Source of the DNA: Theionarchaea archaeon
Lineage (GTDB): Archaea > Methanobacteriota_B > Thermococci > Methanofastidiosales > SZ-28-30
NCBI GenBank assembly: GCA_018992685.1
Contig: JACVGT010000002.1
Location: 16,294-80,293 of the forward strand
Length of the DNA stretch: 64,000 nucleotides
Direction: 5' to 3'
The translations under genes were made by a program, and so were the position numbers. Each line of letters begins with the position of its first letter. Within the stretch, counting starts at the first letter, position 1. Positions 38,336 to 48,701 of this stretch are shown in pieces. Below the pieces are notes generated by a model that worked only from the letters and a program-made list of their open reading frames with translations, did no database searches and was not told the origin of the DNA.

Positions 38336-39670
38336 ATGTCAGAAGAAATCGAAATTGACGAAGCACGGTTGAACCAATTTGTCCCCGAACCAGGGTACCT
38401 GGACGTCAACCAGAAGGGACACCTTGAGTTTGACGGGGTGGACTGTGTGGATCTCCGGGATCAGTATGGGTCCCCCTTGTATGTCATGAGTGAGAGAAGG
38501 ATACGAGAAAACTACCGCAGTCTTGTGAACACCTTCACAGCACTGTACAGCAGGGCGAAGATTGCCTATGCCTACAAGGCAAACCCCATATTGGCAGCTT
38601 TGAGAATTCTCAATGAAGAAGGTGCTACAGCAGAAGTGATATCCACGGGTGAACTCTTCCTGGCAAAAGTGGTAGGTGTCAGGGGAGACAATATTGTGCT
38701 CAATGGGTGCTACAAGGACAGGAAGGGTATCAGACTGGCCATCAGAATGGGTGCTGTGATTAACGTTGATTCATTTCATGAACTGGACATGGTTGATGAG
38801 GAAGCATCTCATGTGGGGATACCTGCCAGGATTGGAATCCGCATAAACCCCATAGTCAGAACGGGTACATTGAGTGTCTGGGAGACTGCCTTGGACGAAA
38901 GCAAATTTGGGATCAGGTTGGAAAAGGGGTTGGAAGCCTACAAAAAGGCAAAGAGCTTGAAGAACGTGGAAATTGTTGGAATACACACTCATATTGGATC
39001 TCAGATTGAGAATACCAACCCGTACCGCGTAGCCAGTACTCGGATTATGGATTTTGTGGGAGATCTCAAAGAAAAGCTGGACATTGATCTTGAACTGGTG
39101 GATCTAGGTGGCGGGATTGCTGTCCCCTTCAAGTACATTGACCGTGCTCTCCTGGAGGAGTATGCTCATGCCATACTGGATCCTTTCATCCAGAAAAAGG
39201 AAGAGTGTGGATTGGGAGATTGTGACGTGGTCATTGAGCCGGGAGGGAGTATCATCGGCACCTCCACTATTCTGCTGGTGACTGTGGGAACTGTAAAGAG
39301 AGAGGAATCAGGCAGGAAGTGGGCCCTGGTGGATGGTGGTGCAAATATCAATCTGCGGGCTACCCAGGGGTGGTATGTGTACCAGTCTGTGTGCTGCAAC
39401 AAAATGAGGGAGACAAAAAAAGAGGTTGTCAATGTTGCAGGTCCTCTGTGTTATGCAGGAGACGTTCTGGGATACAACAGGGAGTTGCCCTACCTGGATG
39501 AAGGCGATGTCCTGGCATTTCTGGATTGCGGAGCATATACCATGGCTATTCTCAATAGGTACAATTCCTATCCCTTCCCTGCAGCTGTCCTCATCACAGA
39601 CAGTGTACCCAGGATTATCAAGAGAAGAGAAGCTCTAGTTGATCTTTTCATGGGAGAGGAACTTATATAG
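38336..39670 (+). CDS. Divergent diaminopimelate-decarboxylase-like PLP enzyme
   Basis: YAYKAN, SKFG, HTHIGSQ, DLGGG present, but EPGG replaces EPGR and CYAGD replaces CESxD. Confidence 0.8.
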   Translation: MSEEIEIDEARLNQFVPEPGYLDVNQKGHLEFDGVDCVDLRDQYGSPLYVMSERRIRENYRSLVNTFTALYSRAKIAYAYKANPILAALRILNEEGATAEVISTGELFLAKVVGVRGDNIVLNGCYKDRKGIRLAIRMGAVINVDSFHELDMVDEEASHVGIPARIGIRINPIVRTGTLSVWETALDESKFGIRLEKGLEAYKKAKSLKNVEIVGIHTHIGSQIENTNPYRVASTRIMDFVGDLKEKLDIDLELVDLGGGIAVPFKYIDRALLEEYAHAILDPFIQKKEECGLGDCDVVIEPGGSIIGTSTILLVTVGTVKREESGRKWALVDGGANINLRATQGWYVYQSVCCNKMRETKKEVVNVAGPLCYAGDVLGYNRELPYLDEGDVLAFLDCGAYTMAILNRYNSYPFPAAVLITDSVPRIIKRREALVDLFMGEELI

Positions 39671-39699
39671 TTCTTCTTTCTATTATATTGTGTGATAGT

Positions 39700-40923
39700 A
39701 TGGATTTTCGCCAATTGACTGAGATCAGGACAACATATGGAACTCCGACCTATGTGTATGACAAGCAGGTCATGGTCACGCAGTATCAGACCCTGGCTCA
39801 GAGCATTCACTATACTCCTCTCAAAATATATTATGCCTGTAAAGCTAACACCAATTGCGTTATACTGAGAATATTTAAGGAGTTAGGGTGTGGGGTGGAC
39901 TGTGTCTCACCTGGCGAAGTCTTTCTTGCTTTGAAAGCAGGATTCGATTCTTCTGACATTTTATTTACAGGCAACAATCTCACAAATTCTGAAATGAAGT
40001 ATGCTGTTTCTCATGATGTTTTGATGACTGCAGATTCTTTGTCTCAATTGGAGCTGTATGGGCAGATAAACCCGGAATCTGACGTTTGTGTCAGGATCAA
40101 TCCCAACCTGGGGGCAGGGCACCACAAACACGTCATTACGGGAGGGCTTCAGAGTAAATTCGGCATATACCAGGCTGATGTTCCTTACATCAGGTCGCTT
40201 CTACATAAGTATAACCTCCATTTGAAAGGCGTCCACATGCATATTGGCTCGGGGATTCTAGAGCCCGGACTGCTTCTCAAGGGCGTGAGTTCTCTCTTGG
40301 ACGTGGCCAGTGAGTTCCCGGACCTGGAATTTGTAGACATTGGAGGGGGACTTGGGGTCCCATACGAGCCAGAGGAAGCACCCATGGATGTGCAGAAATT
40401 TGGCGAGCTGCTCACAGACATGATAACCCAGTGGGTTGAGCAGCATCACCAGATTGCCCTGGCCTTGGAACCAGGACGATTTCTGGTGGCAGAATCTGGC
40501 ATTCTTCTAACTACGGTGACTGCAGTCAAAGAGAATCCCAAGTACACCTTTGTGGGTGTGGACACAGGGTTCAACCATTTCATGAGGCCTGCCCTGTATA
40601 ATGCGTACCATGAAATCGTCAAAGTGGAGCCTTCAGAATCCAGAGGAGGACTTCAGGAACGTGTTGACGTCACGGTGTGTGGTGACATCTGTGAGAGTGC
40701 AGACATATTTGCCAGAAACAGAGCCCTCCCACCACTCAAAGAGGGTGATCTTCTGGCTATTTTGGATACGGGAGCATATGGATTCAGTATGGCATCAGAG
40801 TATAATTCCAGACCGCTCCCTGCAGAAGTCCTGGTTGATAAAACAACTGTTACCGAGATCAGAAAGAGAGGAACGTTCCAGGACTTGTTACGCAATCAAT
40901 GTGAGGTAGATACCAATGGATAA
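39700..40923 (+). CDS. lysA: Diaminopimelate decarboxylase
   Basis: YACKAN, SKFG, HMHIGSG, EPGRFLV, RPALY, GDICESAD, GAYG, YNSRP. Confidence 0.9.
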   Translation: MDFRQLTEIRTTYGTPTYVYDKQVMVTQYQTLAQSIHYTPLKIYYACKANTNCVILRIFKELGCGVDCVSPGEVFLALKAGFDSSDILFTGNNLTNSEMKYAVSHDVLMTADSLSQLELYGQINPESDVCVRINPNLGAGHHKHVITGGLQSKFGIYQADVPYIRSLLHKYNLHLKGVHMHIGSGILEPGLLLKGVSSLLDVASEFPDLEFVDIGGGLGVPYEPEEAPMDVQKFGELLTDMITQWVEQHHQIALALEPGRFLVAESGILLTTVTAVKENPKYTFVGVDTGFNHFMRPALYNAYHEIVKVEPSESRGGLQERVDVTVCGDICESADIFARNRALPPLKEGDLLAILDTGAYGFSMASEYNSRPLPAEVLVDKTTVTEIRKRGTFQDLLRNQCEVDTNG

Positions 40924-42043
40924 CCAGGAAATTAGGGCCCATTTCGAGCCTGCGGTGAGCAACTGGACATATTTGAACGCCGCAGCGTGCGGGCTTTCCC
41001 CGCAATTCAGTAAGACTGGATGCGATACGTGGTGGGACGATAAACTGACCCATGGATCAGTACATTACCATACATGGGAGGATGACACTCTCGAAATCAA
41101 AGCCAAGTTTGGGACCCTGATCAATGCAGAGAAAGAAGAGATTGCCTGCGTGATGAACACGTCAGAAGGGTTGAACTTTGCCATCAATGGTATGAGGTTC
41201 AAAAAGGGGGACAACGTCGTTGTGAATAAGTACGATTTTCCCTCCAATTTTCTGCCCTGGCTGGCCTTGAAGCAGAAGGGCGTCGAGGTACGGTTGATGG
41301 AGGTTACGGATAATAGGATCCCCGTGGAACGTATTCAGGAGAAAGTCGATGAGAATACCAGAGCTGTGTCTATCAGCAGCGTTCAATTCAAGAACGGATT
41401 CCGCAGTGACCTGAAAGCACTTGGAGCATTGTGCAAGGAGGTTGATGCATATTTTGTGGTAGATGCTATCCAGTCACTGGGAGCGCTTGAAATGGATGTA
41501 AAACGGTATGGAATTGACATTCTGTGTACCAGCAGCTACAAATGGTTGCTAGGCCCTGATGGTGTTGGCTTTCTGTACTGCAGCAAGGACATTCTGGATG
41601 AGATTTCCACCACGAATATTGGATGGATGAGTACACCTGATCCATGGAGTTTCCCCACTGAGCTGGAGTTCATGAAAACGGCTCAGAAATTCGAGTCTGG
41701 GACATTGCCCTGGGCCCTCCTGTACAGTATGGACCCTATCCTTGATTTCTTCCTCAAGGTAAAGGTGAAGAATATTACAGAACACGTTTTTGGGCTTCTT
41801 GATTACTTGATTGAGGAGCTGGAAGCCCTGCATGTGGACATTGTTTCATCCCTTCGAGAGAACGAGCGGAGCTGTATCCTGGTCTTTGATGTCAAGGACA
41901 GAGAGAAGCTTGTAGATCTCTATCAGAGCAAAAAGGTGAGAATCAGTCTCAGGGATGGAATACGGGTAGCCCCTCACATCTATAACAATGAGGATGATAT
42001 TACCCGGCTTGTATCCATTTTAAAGGAGTTTCTGGGTGGTTAG
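40916..42043 (+). CDS. Aminotransferase class V-fold PLP enzyme (cysteine desulfurase/lyase-like)
   Basis: YLNAAA, NTSEGLN, VDAIQSLG, SSYKWLLGPDGVG, FESGT, IRVAPHIYN. Confidence 0.88.
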   Translation: MDNQEIRAHFEPAVSNWTYLNAAACGLSPQFSKTGCDTWWDDKLTHGSVHYHTWEDDTLEIKAKFGTLINAEKEEIACVMNTSEGLNFAINGMRFKKGDNVVVNKYDFPSNFLPWLALKQKGVEVRLMEVTDNRIPVERIQEKVDENTRAVSISSVQFKNGFRSDLKALGALCKEVDAYFVVDAIQSLGALEMDVKRYGIDILCTSSYKWLLGPDGVGFLYCSKDILDEISTTNIGWMSTPDPWSFPTELEFMKTAQKFESGTLPWALLYSMDPILDFFLKVKVKNITEHVFGLLDYLIEELEALHVDIVSSLRENERSCILVFDVKDREKLVDLYQSKKVRISLRDGIRVAPHIYNNEDDITRLVSILKEFLGG

Positions 42044-42865
42044 ATGAAAATAGAAGGAATTACGTTCTATAAAATGTCTGGTGCAGGAAATGATTTCCTG
42101 GTTATTGACAATCGAGAAGGCATCATCCCTGAGAAAGAGAAGGGTGACGTTGCCAGAAGAGTGTGCAGGAGACGGCTTTCAGTGGGAGCAGATGGGATTC
42201 TTCTGGTGGAGCTATCACAGATTGCCACCTTCAGAATGAGATATTTCAATGCAGACGGGACTGAAGGGGAAATGTGTGGAAATGGAGCACGATGCATTAC
42301 CCGATTTGCTTTTGTGAAAGGGATTGCAGGCGAAGAAATGACAATTGAGAGTATGTCCGGGATACTGGAGGCACGCGTCATGGGTGAGAAGGCCACAATC
42401 ACGCTGAACCCAGTGACAGAAAAGGAACTTGACAGGGAGATTACGGTTGATGGCCAGAAGATACAGTTTGATTACATAGAAGAAGGAACACCCGGACTGC
42501 CGCACAGCGTGATATTCAAAGATGATCTGACTGAGGAGGAAGATATCGAAGAGATTGGCAGAAAAATAAGGTACCACAAAGCCTTTCAGAGGGGAACAAA
42601 TGCTAATTTCTGCAGAGTCCTGGGGAAGGATACAATCCTGAACAGGACCTACGAGAGGGGCGTGGAGAGAGAGACCCTGGCCTGTGGAACTGGGTCTGGA
42701 GCTGCTGCGTGTGCAGTATTCTTGCACGGAATCTGTGGACCTGAAATCGAGGTAAAAACCAAAGGTGGAACTCTCAAGGTCACCATAGGAGATGAAAACC
42801 TGCAGAAGATTTATTTGACTGGAGATGCTCGAATCGTGTATGAGGGGATCTTAAAGGAGGTATGA
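42044..42865 (+). CDS. dapF: Diaminopimelate epimerase
   Basis: KMSGAGNDF, GADG, EMCGNGARC, ERGVERETLACGTG; both catalytic Cys present. Confidence 0.93.
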   Translation: MKIEGITFYKMSGAGNDFLVIDNREGIIPEKEKGDVARRVCRRRLSVGADGILLVELSQIATFRMRYFNADGTEGEMCGNGARCITRFAFVKGIAGEEMTIESMSGILEARVMGEKATITLNPVTEKELDREITVDGQKIQFDYIEEGTPGLPHSVIFKDDLTEEEDIEEIGRKIRYHKAFQRGTNANFCRVLGKDTILNRTYERGVERETLACGTGSGAAACAVFLHGICGPEIEVKTKGGTLKVTIGDENLQKIYLTGDARIVYEGILKEV

Positions 42866-43035
42866 TCGGAGCTGGGTTGAACCAGGACGTGGACAGATTG
42901 TCTGGTGCAGAGTCAGGGAATCGGATAAAATTCAGTAGTATTAGTTCTTCCGGAAAAGAGAGACTTCTTTTGATACATTTCTGCAAACGTGGTATATAGA
43001 CCTTGCACTTGGAGAATTTTTTCAAATTTGCCATT

Positions 43036-43325
43036 TGATTCACTGTATCCCTTCCAGGGATAACCTAAGGTTTCTCTACTCACACAGATCTAAATTGGTG
43101 TCATCGATCACAGTAATCGGCATATATCCATCGATATGACTTTCACGCTCAGGATAATACTTATATTGAACAAAACCACCGGGCAATCCATGGCTACAGA
43201 ATCCAGAAGAAGATTCACCTTCCCTGTAGGATACCATGAGTTCCACAGAGACCAGGTTTTCAATTTCCAGCTCAATCGCTGGTATTCTCTTGGATATACA
43301 CGATTCGAAGATTTGAAAGAGGCGG
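43036..43325 (+). repeat. 290-bp direct repeat, copy 1 (copy 2 at 61493..61782)
   Basis: Ungapped hand alignment with about 20 mismatches, nearly all in the first ~125 bp. Confidence 0.92.
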
Positions 43326-43402
43326 TTTCCTCCAGAATTCTAGAGTTTAGAAAAGGGCCACGACTGCATAATCTCAGTTTGATTCGAAAGAGAACACTCT
43401 AG
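43190..43402 (+). pseudogene. Truncated 5' duplicate of the alpha/beta hydrolase gene at 61647
   Basis: MATESRRRFTFPVGYHEFHRDQVFNFQLNRWYSLGYTRFED matches the intact copy, then diverges after KEA and stops. Confidence 0.85.
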
Positions 43403-43798
43403 AACAGCTGATCACTTCTTGTATCTACTCCGTTCTTTTCCTCCATGAATGGGGAACCTTATGAAAAGAACTGAAGGTATCCATTCCCGCTTCGTATGAA
43501 CTACTATTTCTTCTACTGTATTTCAACGTTTTAGTTCCAGGCTTTTTTCAAGTCCTCAAAAGTACTTTTCTAGCTGTTTTTTAGAAAATATGTCCTTAAA
43601 ATATGAAGGCTCATAAACGTTCATAGTTCTACTATTCTTACCTTCAATTCTGCACTTTATGAATCATGTTTTTCTACCACGAACGCAAAGTAACAGTCAA
43701 ATACGACATTCCAGTCCCGACTCCAGAGACTTGGTGCGCGTCATGAGTGAATAGCTAGATTTTTATATAACAGGTTTCAATGTCAAAATGGCGATGAA

Positions 43799-46237
43799 AT
43801 GATACATTGTCCAGTATGCGGAGCAGAGAATCCTGTAGATTCTTTCTTCTGCGGAAGATGTGGAGAAAAGATAATTATTGAAAAGAGATCTCTGATTGAC
43901 TGGCCAGATTTTGAGAAGGCAGTTATTGACCGTTTGAAGAGAAACATTGGAAAAGAAGAAGATGATAATCAGAATAGAGCTATTGGAGCTCCTATCAACA
44001 GCTCTCTCTTCGTGGTTGCAGGTCCAGGGAGTGGCAAGACCACGGTTGTCGCTCTCAGAATACTGAAGTTGATATTTGTGGACGGTATAGATCCATCTTG
44101 TATCATCGCGACGACTTTTACACGCAAAGCAGCAGCTGAACTCCGATCTCGAATTCTTGGATGGGGAGATCAACTCAAACAATGGTTCATTACTGGCTCC
44201 ATCTCTGAGTCTGATAGAGAATGGCTGAAAAAGCTTGATTTGAATCGGATTATTACAGGAACTCTTGATGAAATTGCAGAAACAATTTTAGGGGAAAACC
44301 GTTTCCCCGGAGACACTCCCCCTATTATAATCGAAAATTTCGTGTCAAAAGTACTGATGTTAAAATGTGGTCTTCTTCAGACCAATCTGCATTCTGATAT
44401 GAACCTGGAAAACTTCATTATCTTTCTGAGAGATAGTAAATGGGAACTCACTATTTCGGAGAAGTGTTCCATTTTGCTCGAGTTGAAAGACAGATTTCTT
44501 CATGACCGTGTAGACGTTAGAGAATATCGTTCAGACTCCAGACACGCGGGAGCCAGACTAGCGTGTGAGGCAATAGGGGCATATATAGTTGAACTGAAGA
44601 AGAAAGATCTCTTTGATTTCGCATTATTGGAATTACGATTATTCAATGATCTTAAAAATGGATTGTTAAATGAATTCCTTGGCAGTATCAGGTTTCTTCT
44701 AGTTGATGAATACCAGGATACGAATTTGCTCCAGGAAGGAATTTATTTTGAAATTGCCAACGTGGTCACGAGAAATGATGGGAGCATTACTGTTGTTGGA
44801 GACGACGACCAGTCTCTGTACCGATTTAGAGGGGCAACAGTTGACCTTTTCAAGACATTTCAGGAGAGAGTGAGTGAACAGCTGGGTCTGAACCCGTCTC
44901 AGATATTTCTTTCCAACAACTATAGATCGACGTCGACTATTGTTAATTTTTGTAATGATTTCATCAGACTTGATCAAAATTATCAGAAGACAAGAGTCAA
45001 AGAGAAGCCTTCTGTAAGACCAGCTCGTGCTAGGAGAAATCCAGAGTTCCCAGTCATCGGAATGTTCAGGCCTAATGTTGATCAGCTTGCACAGGATATT
45101 GCCACGTTTGTCCACGAAGTCATCCGTGGGAAGGGCTTCCGTATCAGGGATAATCAGAACGACATGACCTACACTATAAGAGTTGACGCTGACAGAGGAG
45201 GTCCTGCAGATGTTGCCCTTCTCTTTCATTCTCCTCGTGAATATAGTTATGAAAGAAGGAGACTCCCCTTGCTTTTGCGAGAAGAATTCAGCAAGTTCTT
45301 GCCACCACTCCTGGTTTTCAATCCTCGAGGTCAGAATTTCGAGGAAATTCCTACTGTCAAAATACTCTGTGGCTTGTTACTGGAATGCATAGACCCAGGT
45401 AGTCGCGTCCAAAATGCGCTTAACCTCTCCTCTGCAGCACATGAGGTCATGGAAAAGTGGAGGGAGACTGCAAGGAGGTATGTTGAAACAAATCATGTAT
45501 CCTCATCAATGGGCAGCCTTCGTTCCTTCATAGATACCTGGCAGAAAAGATCAACCCCAGGAATGAAGCGAAAAGTCAACATGAACGTGTCTCTGATAGC
45601 ATTGGTGTACAAACTTATTACGTGGATACCACCCATGCAGGATGACATAGAGAATCTGGTCTATCTGGAAGCCATCGTAAGAACGATCAATCAACTGAAC
45701 CCTTCTGGTAGATATGGGGGGCACATTGTGCTCAACAGTGAGAAGCTCTGGTTGCAGCAGGATTCCATAGAAGAAGCGATATACAGTATATTTTTCCCCA
45801 TGGCATCTGGAGCAGTGGAGGTCAACGAGGATCTTTTTGAAACTCTTCCCAGGGACAGAGTCAACTGCATGTCCATTCATCAATCCAAGGGCCTGGAATT
45901 CCCTCTTGTTATCGTGGATGTGGGTTCTGAATTTCTAGGAGATAATGAAATGCAGGCATTCAAGAGATTCCCAAGACGAGGTGGAAGGACAAGTAGAATC
46001 GAAGATGAGACCAGAGACTATTCTGATCTGAGATTTTTCACAAGAACAGGCTTAGATAGGGAATTTGACGATTTGATTAGATTATATTTTGAAGCCTATA
46101 GTAGAGCCAAAGACTGCCTGATGCTCGTAGGCCTGGAAAGCGTCAAGTCTGGTCGAGTACCACATGTCGCCACCGGATGGGATCGAAACAGAACCTGGTT
46201 CTGGAGGCATACACTTGGAAATGTGCTCTATATCTAG
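43799..46237 (+). CDS. UvrD/REP-family SF1 helicase with N-terminal zinc ribbon
   Basis: CPVCG...CGRCG; AGPGSGKT, TFTRKAA, VDEYQD, VGDDDQSLYRFRGA, NYRS, SIHQSKGLEFP, SRAK. Confidence 0.92.
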   Translation: MIHCPVCGAENPVDSFFCGRCGEKIIIEKRSLIDWPDFEKAVIDRLKRNIGKEEDDNQNRAIGAPINSSLFVVAGPGSGKTTVVALRILKLIFVDGIDPSCIIATTFTRKAAAELRSRILGWGDQLKQWFITGSISESDREWLKKLDLNRIITGTLDEIAETILGENRFPGDTPPIIIENFVSKVLMLKCGLLQTNLHSDMNLENFIIFLRDSKWELTISEKCSILLELKDRFLHDRVDVREYRSDSRHAGARLACEAIGAYIVELKKKDLFDFALLELRLFNDLKNGLLNEFLGSIRFLLVDEYQDTNLLQEGIYFEIANVVTRNDGSITVVGDDDQSLYRFRGATVDLFKTFQERVSEQLGLNPSQIFLSNNYRSTSTIVNFCNDFIRLDQNYQKTRVKEKPSVRPARARRNPEFPVIGMFRPNVDQLAQDIATFVHEVIRGKGFRIRDNQNDMTYTIRVDADRGGPADVALLFHSPREYSYERRRLPLLLREEFSKFLPPLLVFNPRGQNFEEIPTVKILCGLLLECIDPGSRVQNALNLSSAAHEVMEKWRETARRYVETNHVSSSMGSLRSFIDTWQKRSTPGMKRKVNMNVSLIALVYKLITWIPPMQDDIENLVYLEAIVRTINQLNPSGRYGGHIVLNSEKLWLQQDSIEEAIYSIFFPMASGAVEVNEDLFETLPRDRVNCMSIHQSKGLEFPLVIVDVGSEFLGDNEMQAFKRFPRRGGRTSRIEDETRDYSDLRFFTRTGLDREFDDLIRLYFEAYSRAKDCLMLVGLESVKSGRVPHVATGWDRNRTWFWRHTLGNVLYI

Positions 46238-46240
46238 GAT

Positions 46241-47440
46241 GTGAGAGGAATGACATTATCACCACAAGTCCCGCCGTACAAGATACCTGAATACAGCCTG
46301 ACAGGAGATTTACTGGCATACTTGAATTGTGGACTTCAATACAGGTACCATAATAGAGGATGTCTGCCGCCTTCAAGGCCAATTCAGTTGTGGTTTGGTG
46401 AGTTCATTCATTCAGTCATGGAGGAAGCTTTCCTCCAATGGAAGCAAGATGCTCAGAAGAAGATATTTCCATGGATGTGGAATCCTGATATCCGCAACAT
46501 TGAGCAAGAGATAGGCAAAAGACTGAGAGCACGAGGACTGATTCCACCTGCGAGAATCTTCTGCCCGTATGACTCATCATACCGGAGACAGGGATGGTGT
46601 CCAGATGGAAAGCACCCTCATAAACTGATTGCAAGCCGGAGAGCTGAAGAAGCGATTAACACATGGGGGGTACATCTCTTTCCCTTAATTGACAGTGCTG
46701 AGGTCCGGCTGAAAGGTATTCGTGATATGCCTGGTTCTACGGGGGAAAGGAGGTGTGATTACTATGAGATAACAGGGATCATTGATGTGATAAGCTCTGT
46801 CAATCTTCGTAATTCACTGTCTGGAAACCTGATATTGCACTACATGCAGAGAAACCCCGCTGTGAAGAAGTACATTGACAGTCTGAAGGGGCCTGAGTAT
46901 GAGATTATCGTTGACTACAAAGGAATGGGGAGACCCTCTTTAGGAGACCCGAGAAGAACCTGGACGTATCATGAATGGCAAATACTCACGTATGCCTGGC
47001 TTCGCAGTCAGCAGCCCGATGCCAGGCCTGTAGCTGCGGGGATCATTTTCTATCTCAATGAATTGGCGCCGGTGAGGCGAGACATCAGAGAGCTGCGCGA
47101 GAGTGTAGAAAGAGGTTCAACAGATGTCGTACCTCAAGGACAGGATTTAGACGTCGTCCAGAGTCTGGGAAGGAACGTACCCTTCCCATTTCTCTCGAGA
47201 GAATTCAGGGAAGAAAGGTCTATAAGGATTATTCCAATGAGTGAAGAGAGAGTCCAAGCCTCTCTACATGAATTTGATACTGTGGTGAAAAACATCGAAT
47301 CTTGCGTGCACCTGGAGGTTTCTGGAAATGGCATTAGGTCGTCATGGCCTGCACAACCACTTGAACGTATGTGCACGCTCTGCGATTTCAGGACATTCTG
47401 CCCACATCCGGACGTCTCTGAGTATGGAGAAAGCAGATGA
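46241..47440 (+). CDS. PD-(D/E)XK nuclease (AddB/Cas4-like, probable Fe-S staple)
   Basis: N-terminal NCGLQY...FGEFIH, GIIDV...IVDYKG, WQILTYAW, C-terminal CTLCDFRTFC. Confidence 0.85.
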   Translation: MRGMTLSPQVPPYKIPEYSLTGDLLAYLNCGLQYRYHNRGCLPPSRPIQLWFGEFIHSVMEEAFLQWKQDAQKKIFPWMWNPDIRNIEQEIGKRLRARGLIPPARIFCPYDSSYRRQGWCPDGKHPHKLIASRRAEEAINTWGVHLFPLIDSAEVRLKGIRDMPGSTGERRCDYYEITGIIDVISSVNLRNSLSGNLILHYMQRNPAVKKYIDSLKGPEYEIIVDYKGMGRPSLGDPRRTWTYHEWQILTYAWLRSQQPDARPVAAGIIFYLNELAPVRRDIRELRESVERGSTDVVPQGQDLDVVQSLGRNVPFPFLSREFREERSIRIIPMSEERVQASLHEFDTVVKNIESCVHLEVSGNGIRSSWPAQPLERMCTLCDFRTFCPHPDVSEYGESR

Positions 47441-47444
47441 TACT

Positions 47445-48701
47445 ATGGAAATGAAGTTCTATTTGCCAGATTGGGAAGACCGGCTGGATCCAGATTTTGA
47501 TTTCGCCAATGACGAATATTCGGAAGGGCACAAAGAGAACCCCTATACATATGATATGTATGCGCATCAGCTCTTTGATACACCTCTCTGTGATGGAATT
47601 CTCGTCAGTCTGAGTATTTTCAGATCGAAAATCTCTTTGAATAAGGAAGAGACAAGCTATAGTATACGAGATTGCAGGAACATAAAGGATTTCCTCAGAA
47701 TCCCGGGAGATTCCACATTGAGAGTCATGGGCGATTGTGGGGCTTTTGGATATGTCAAAGAAATAGAGCCTCCAAAGCCCTTTTATAGTGTTGAAAATGT
47801 GGTCAATTTATATGAGAAGCTTGGATTTGATTTTGGGGTGTCTGTGGATCATCTGGTTGTGGATTACGTGTTGACAAAGAATATTCGCAATGGAAAGAGA
47901 GAAAAGAGGGTTATGTCCATAGATGAGAAGAGAAAGAGGATTCAATTAACGCTGAAAAACGCGGAAGAATTCTTGAGGTTGCACAAGAAAGAGAAGTGCG
48001 ATTTCATTCCGGTGGGTGTTGCTCAAGGGTATGATCAGGACACATACCGGCGATCAGTGAGGAACCTGACGAGAATGGGGTACGAATATATTGGAATGGG
48101 CGGCCTGGTGCAGTACTCCTCGGAATTCATACTACATGTTTTAAGAAGTATTAATTCATTGATTAAAGGGAAAGATGTTCATTTATTTGGCACTGTAAGA
48201 CCAGATTATTTGAGGGATTTTGAAAGCCTGGGTGCAACGAGTTTTGACAGTGCTTCGTTTCTTCGCAAGGCCTGGCTCAGAGATGGACAGAACTATCTGG
48301 CACCAAATGGAAAATGGTACAGTGCAATTAGAGTCCCCCAATCCTCAAACTCCAGACTTATGAGGACCGCCCGTTTGAATGATTTCTCTCTGGATGATCT
48401 CAGGAGGATGGAACTTGATTCCCTGGAAGCGTTGATTGACTATGATCAGACTGAGAGTGATCTGGACCACGTCCTGGATGTCGTCCTGAGATATGATGGC
48501 CTCCTCTTGCGAAGCACCAAACATGGAAACCTTAGAAAGAATTACAGGAAAACATTGTTAGATATGCCATGGAAACACTGCAAATGTGATATCTGCAGGA
48601 AGATAGGAATACATGTGATCATTTTTAGAGGGTCGAACCGAAACAAACGCAGAGGATTCCATAATATATGGATCCTGAATAGGCTGAAGAATGACATTTG
48701 A
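47445..48701 (+). CDS. dpdA: DpdA-like tRNA-guanine transglycosylase paralogue (7-deazaguanine DNA insertion family)
   Basis: MKFYLPDWEDRLDPDFDF...YAHQLF...DGILVS N-terminus; GDCGAF, SVDH, AQG, GGLV, HLFG, SFDS; Zn motif PWKHCKCDIC...RRGFHN. Confidence 0.78.
   Translation: MEMKFYLPDWEDRLDPDFDFANDEYSEGHKENPYTYDMYAHQLFDTPLCDGILVSLSIFRSKISLNKEETSYSIRDCRNIKDFLRIPGDSTLRVMGDCGAFGYVKEIEPPKPFYSVENVVNLYEKLGFDFGVSVDHLVVDYVLTKNIRNGKREKRVMSIDEKRKRIQLTLKNAEEFLRLHKKEKCDFIPVGVAQGYDQDTYRRSVRNLTRMGYEYIGMGGLVQYSSEFILHVLRSINSLIKGKDVHLFGTVRPDYLRDFESLGATSFDSASFLRKAWLRDGQNYLAPNGKWYSAIRVPQSSNSRLMRTARLNDFSLDDLRRMELDSLEALIDYDQTESDLDHVLDVVLRYDGLLLRSTKHGNLRKNYRKTLLDMPWKHCKCDICRKIGIHVIIFRGSNRNKRRGFHNIWILNRLKNDI

Noticed and set aside
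43412-43744. AT-rich minus-strand stretch that reads like a decayed ORF with several in-frame stops
   Set aside because: No recognisable family; cannot be distinguished from intergenic DNA without a search.
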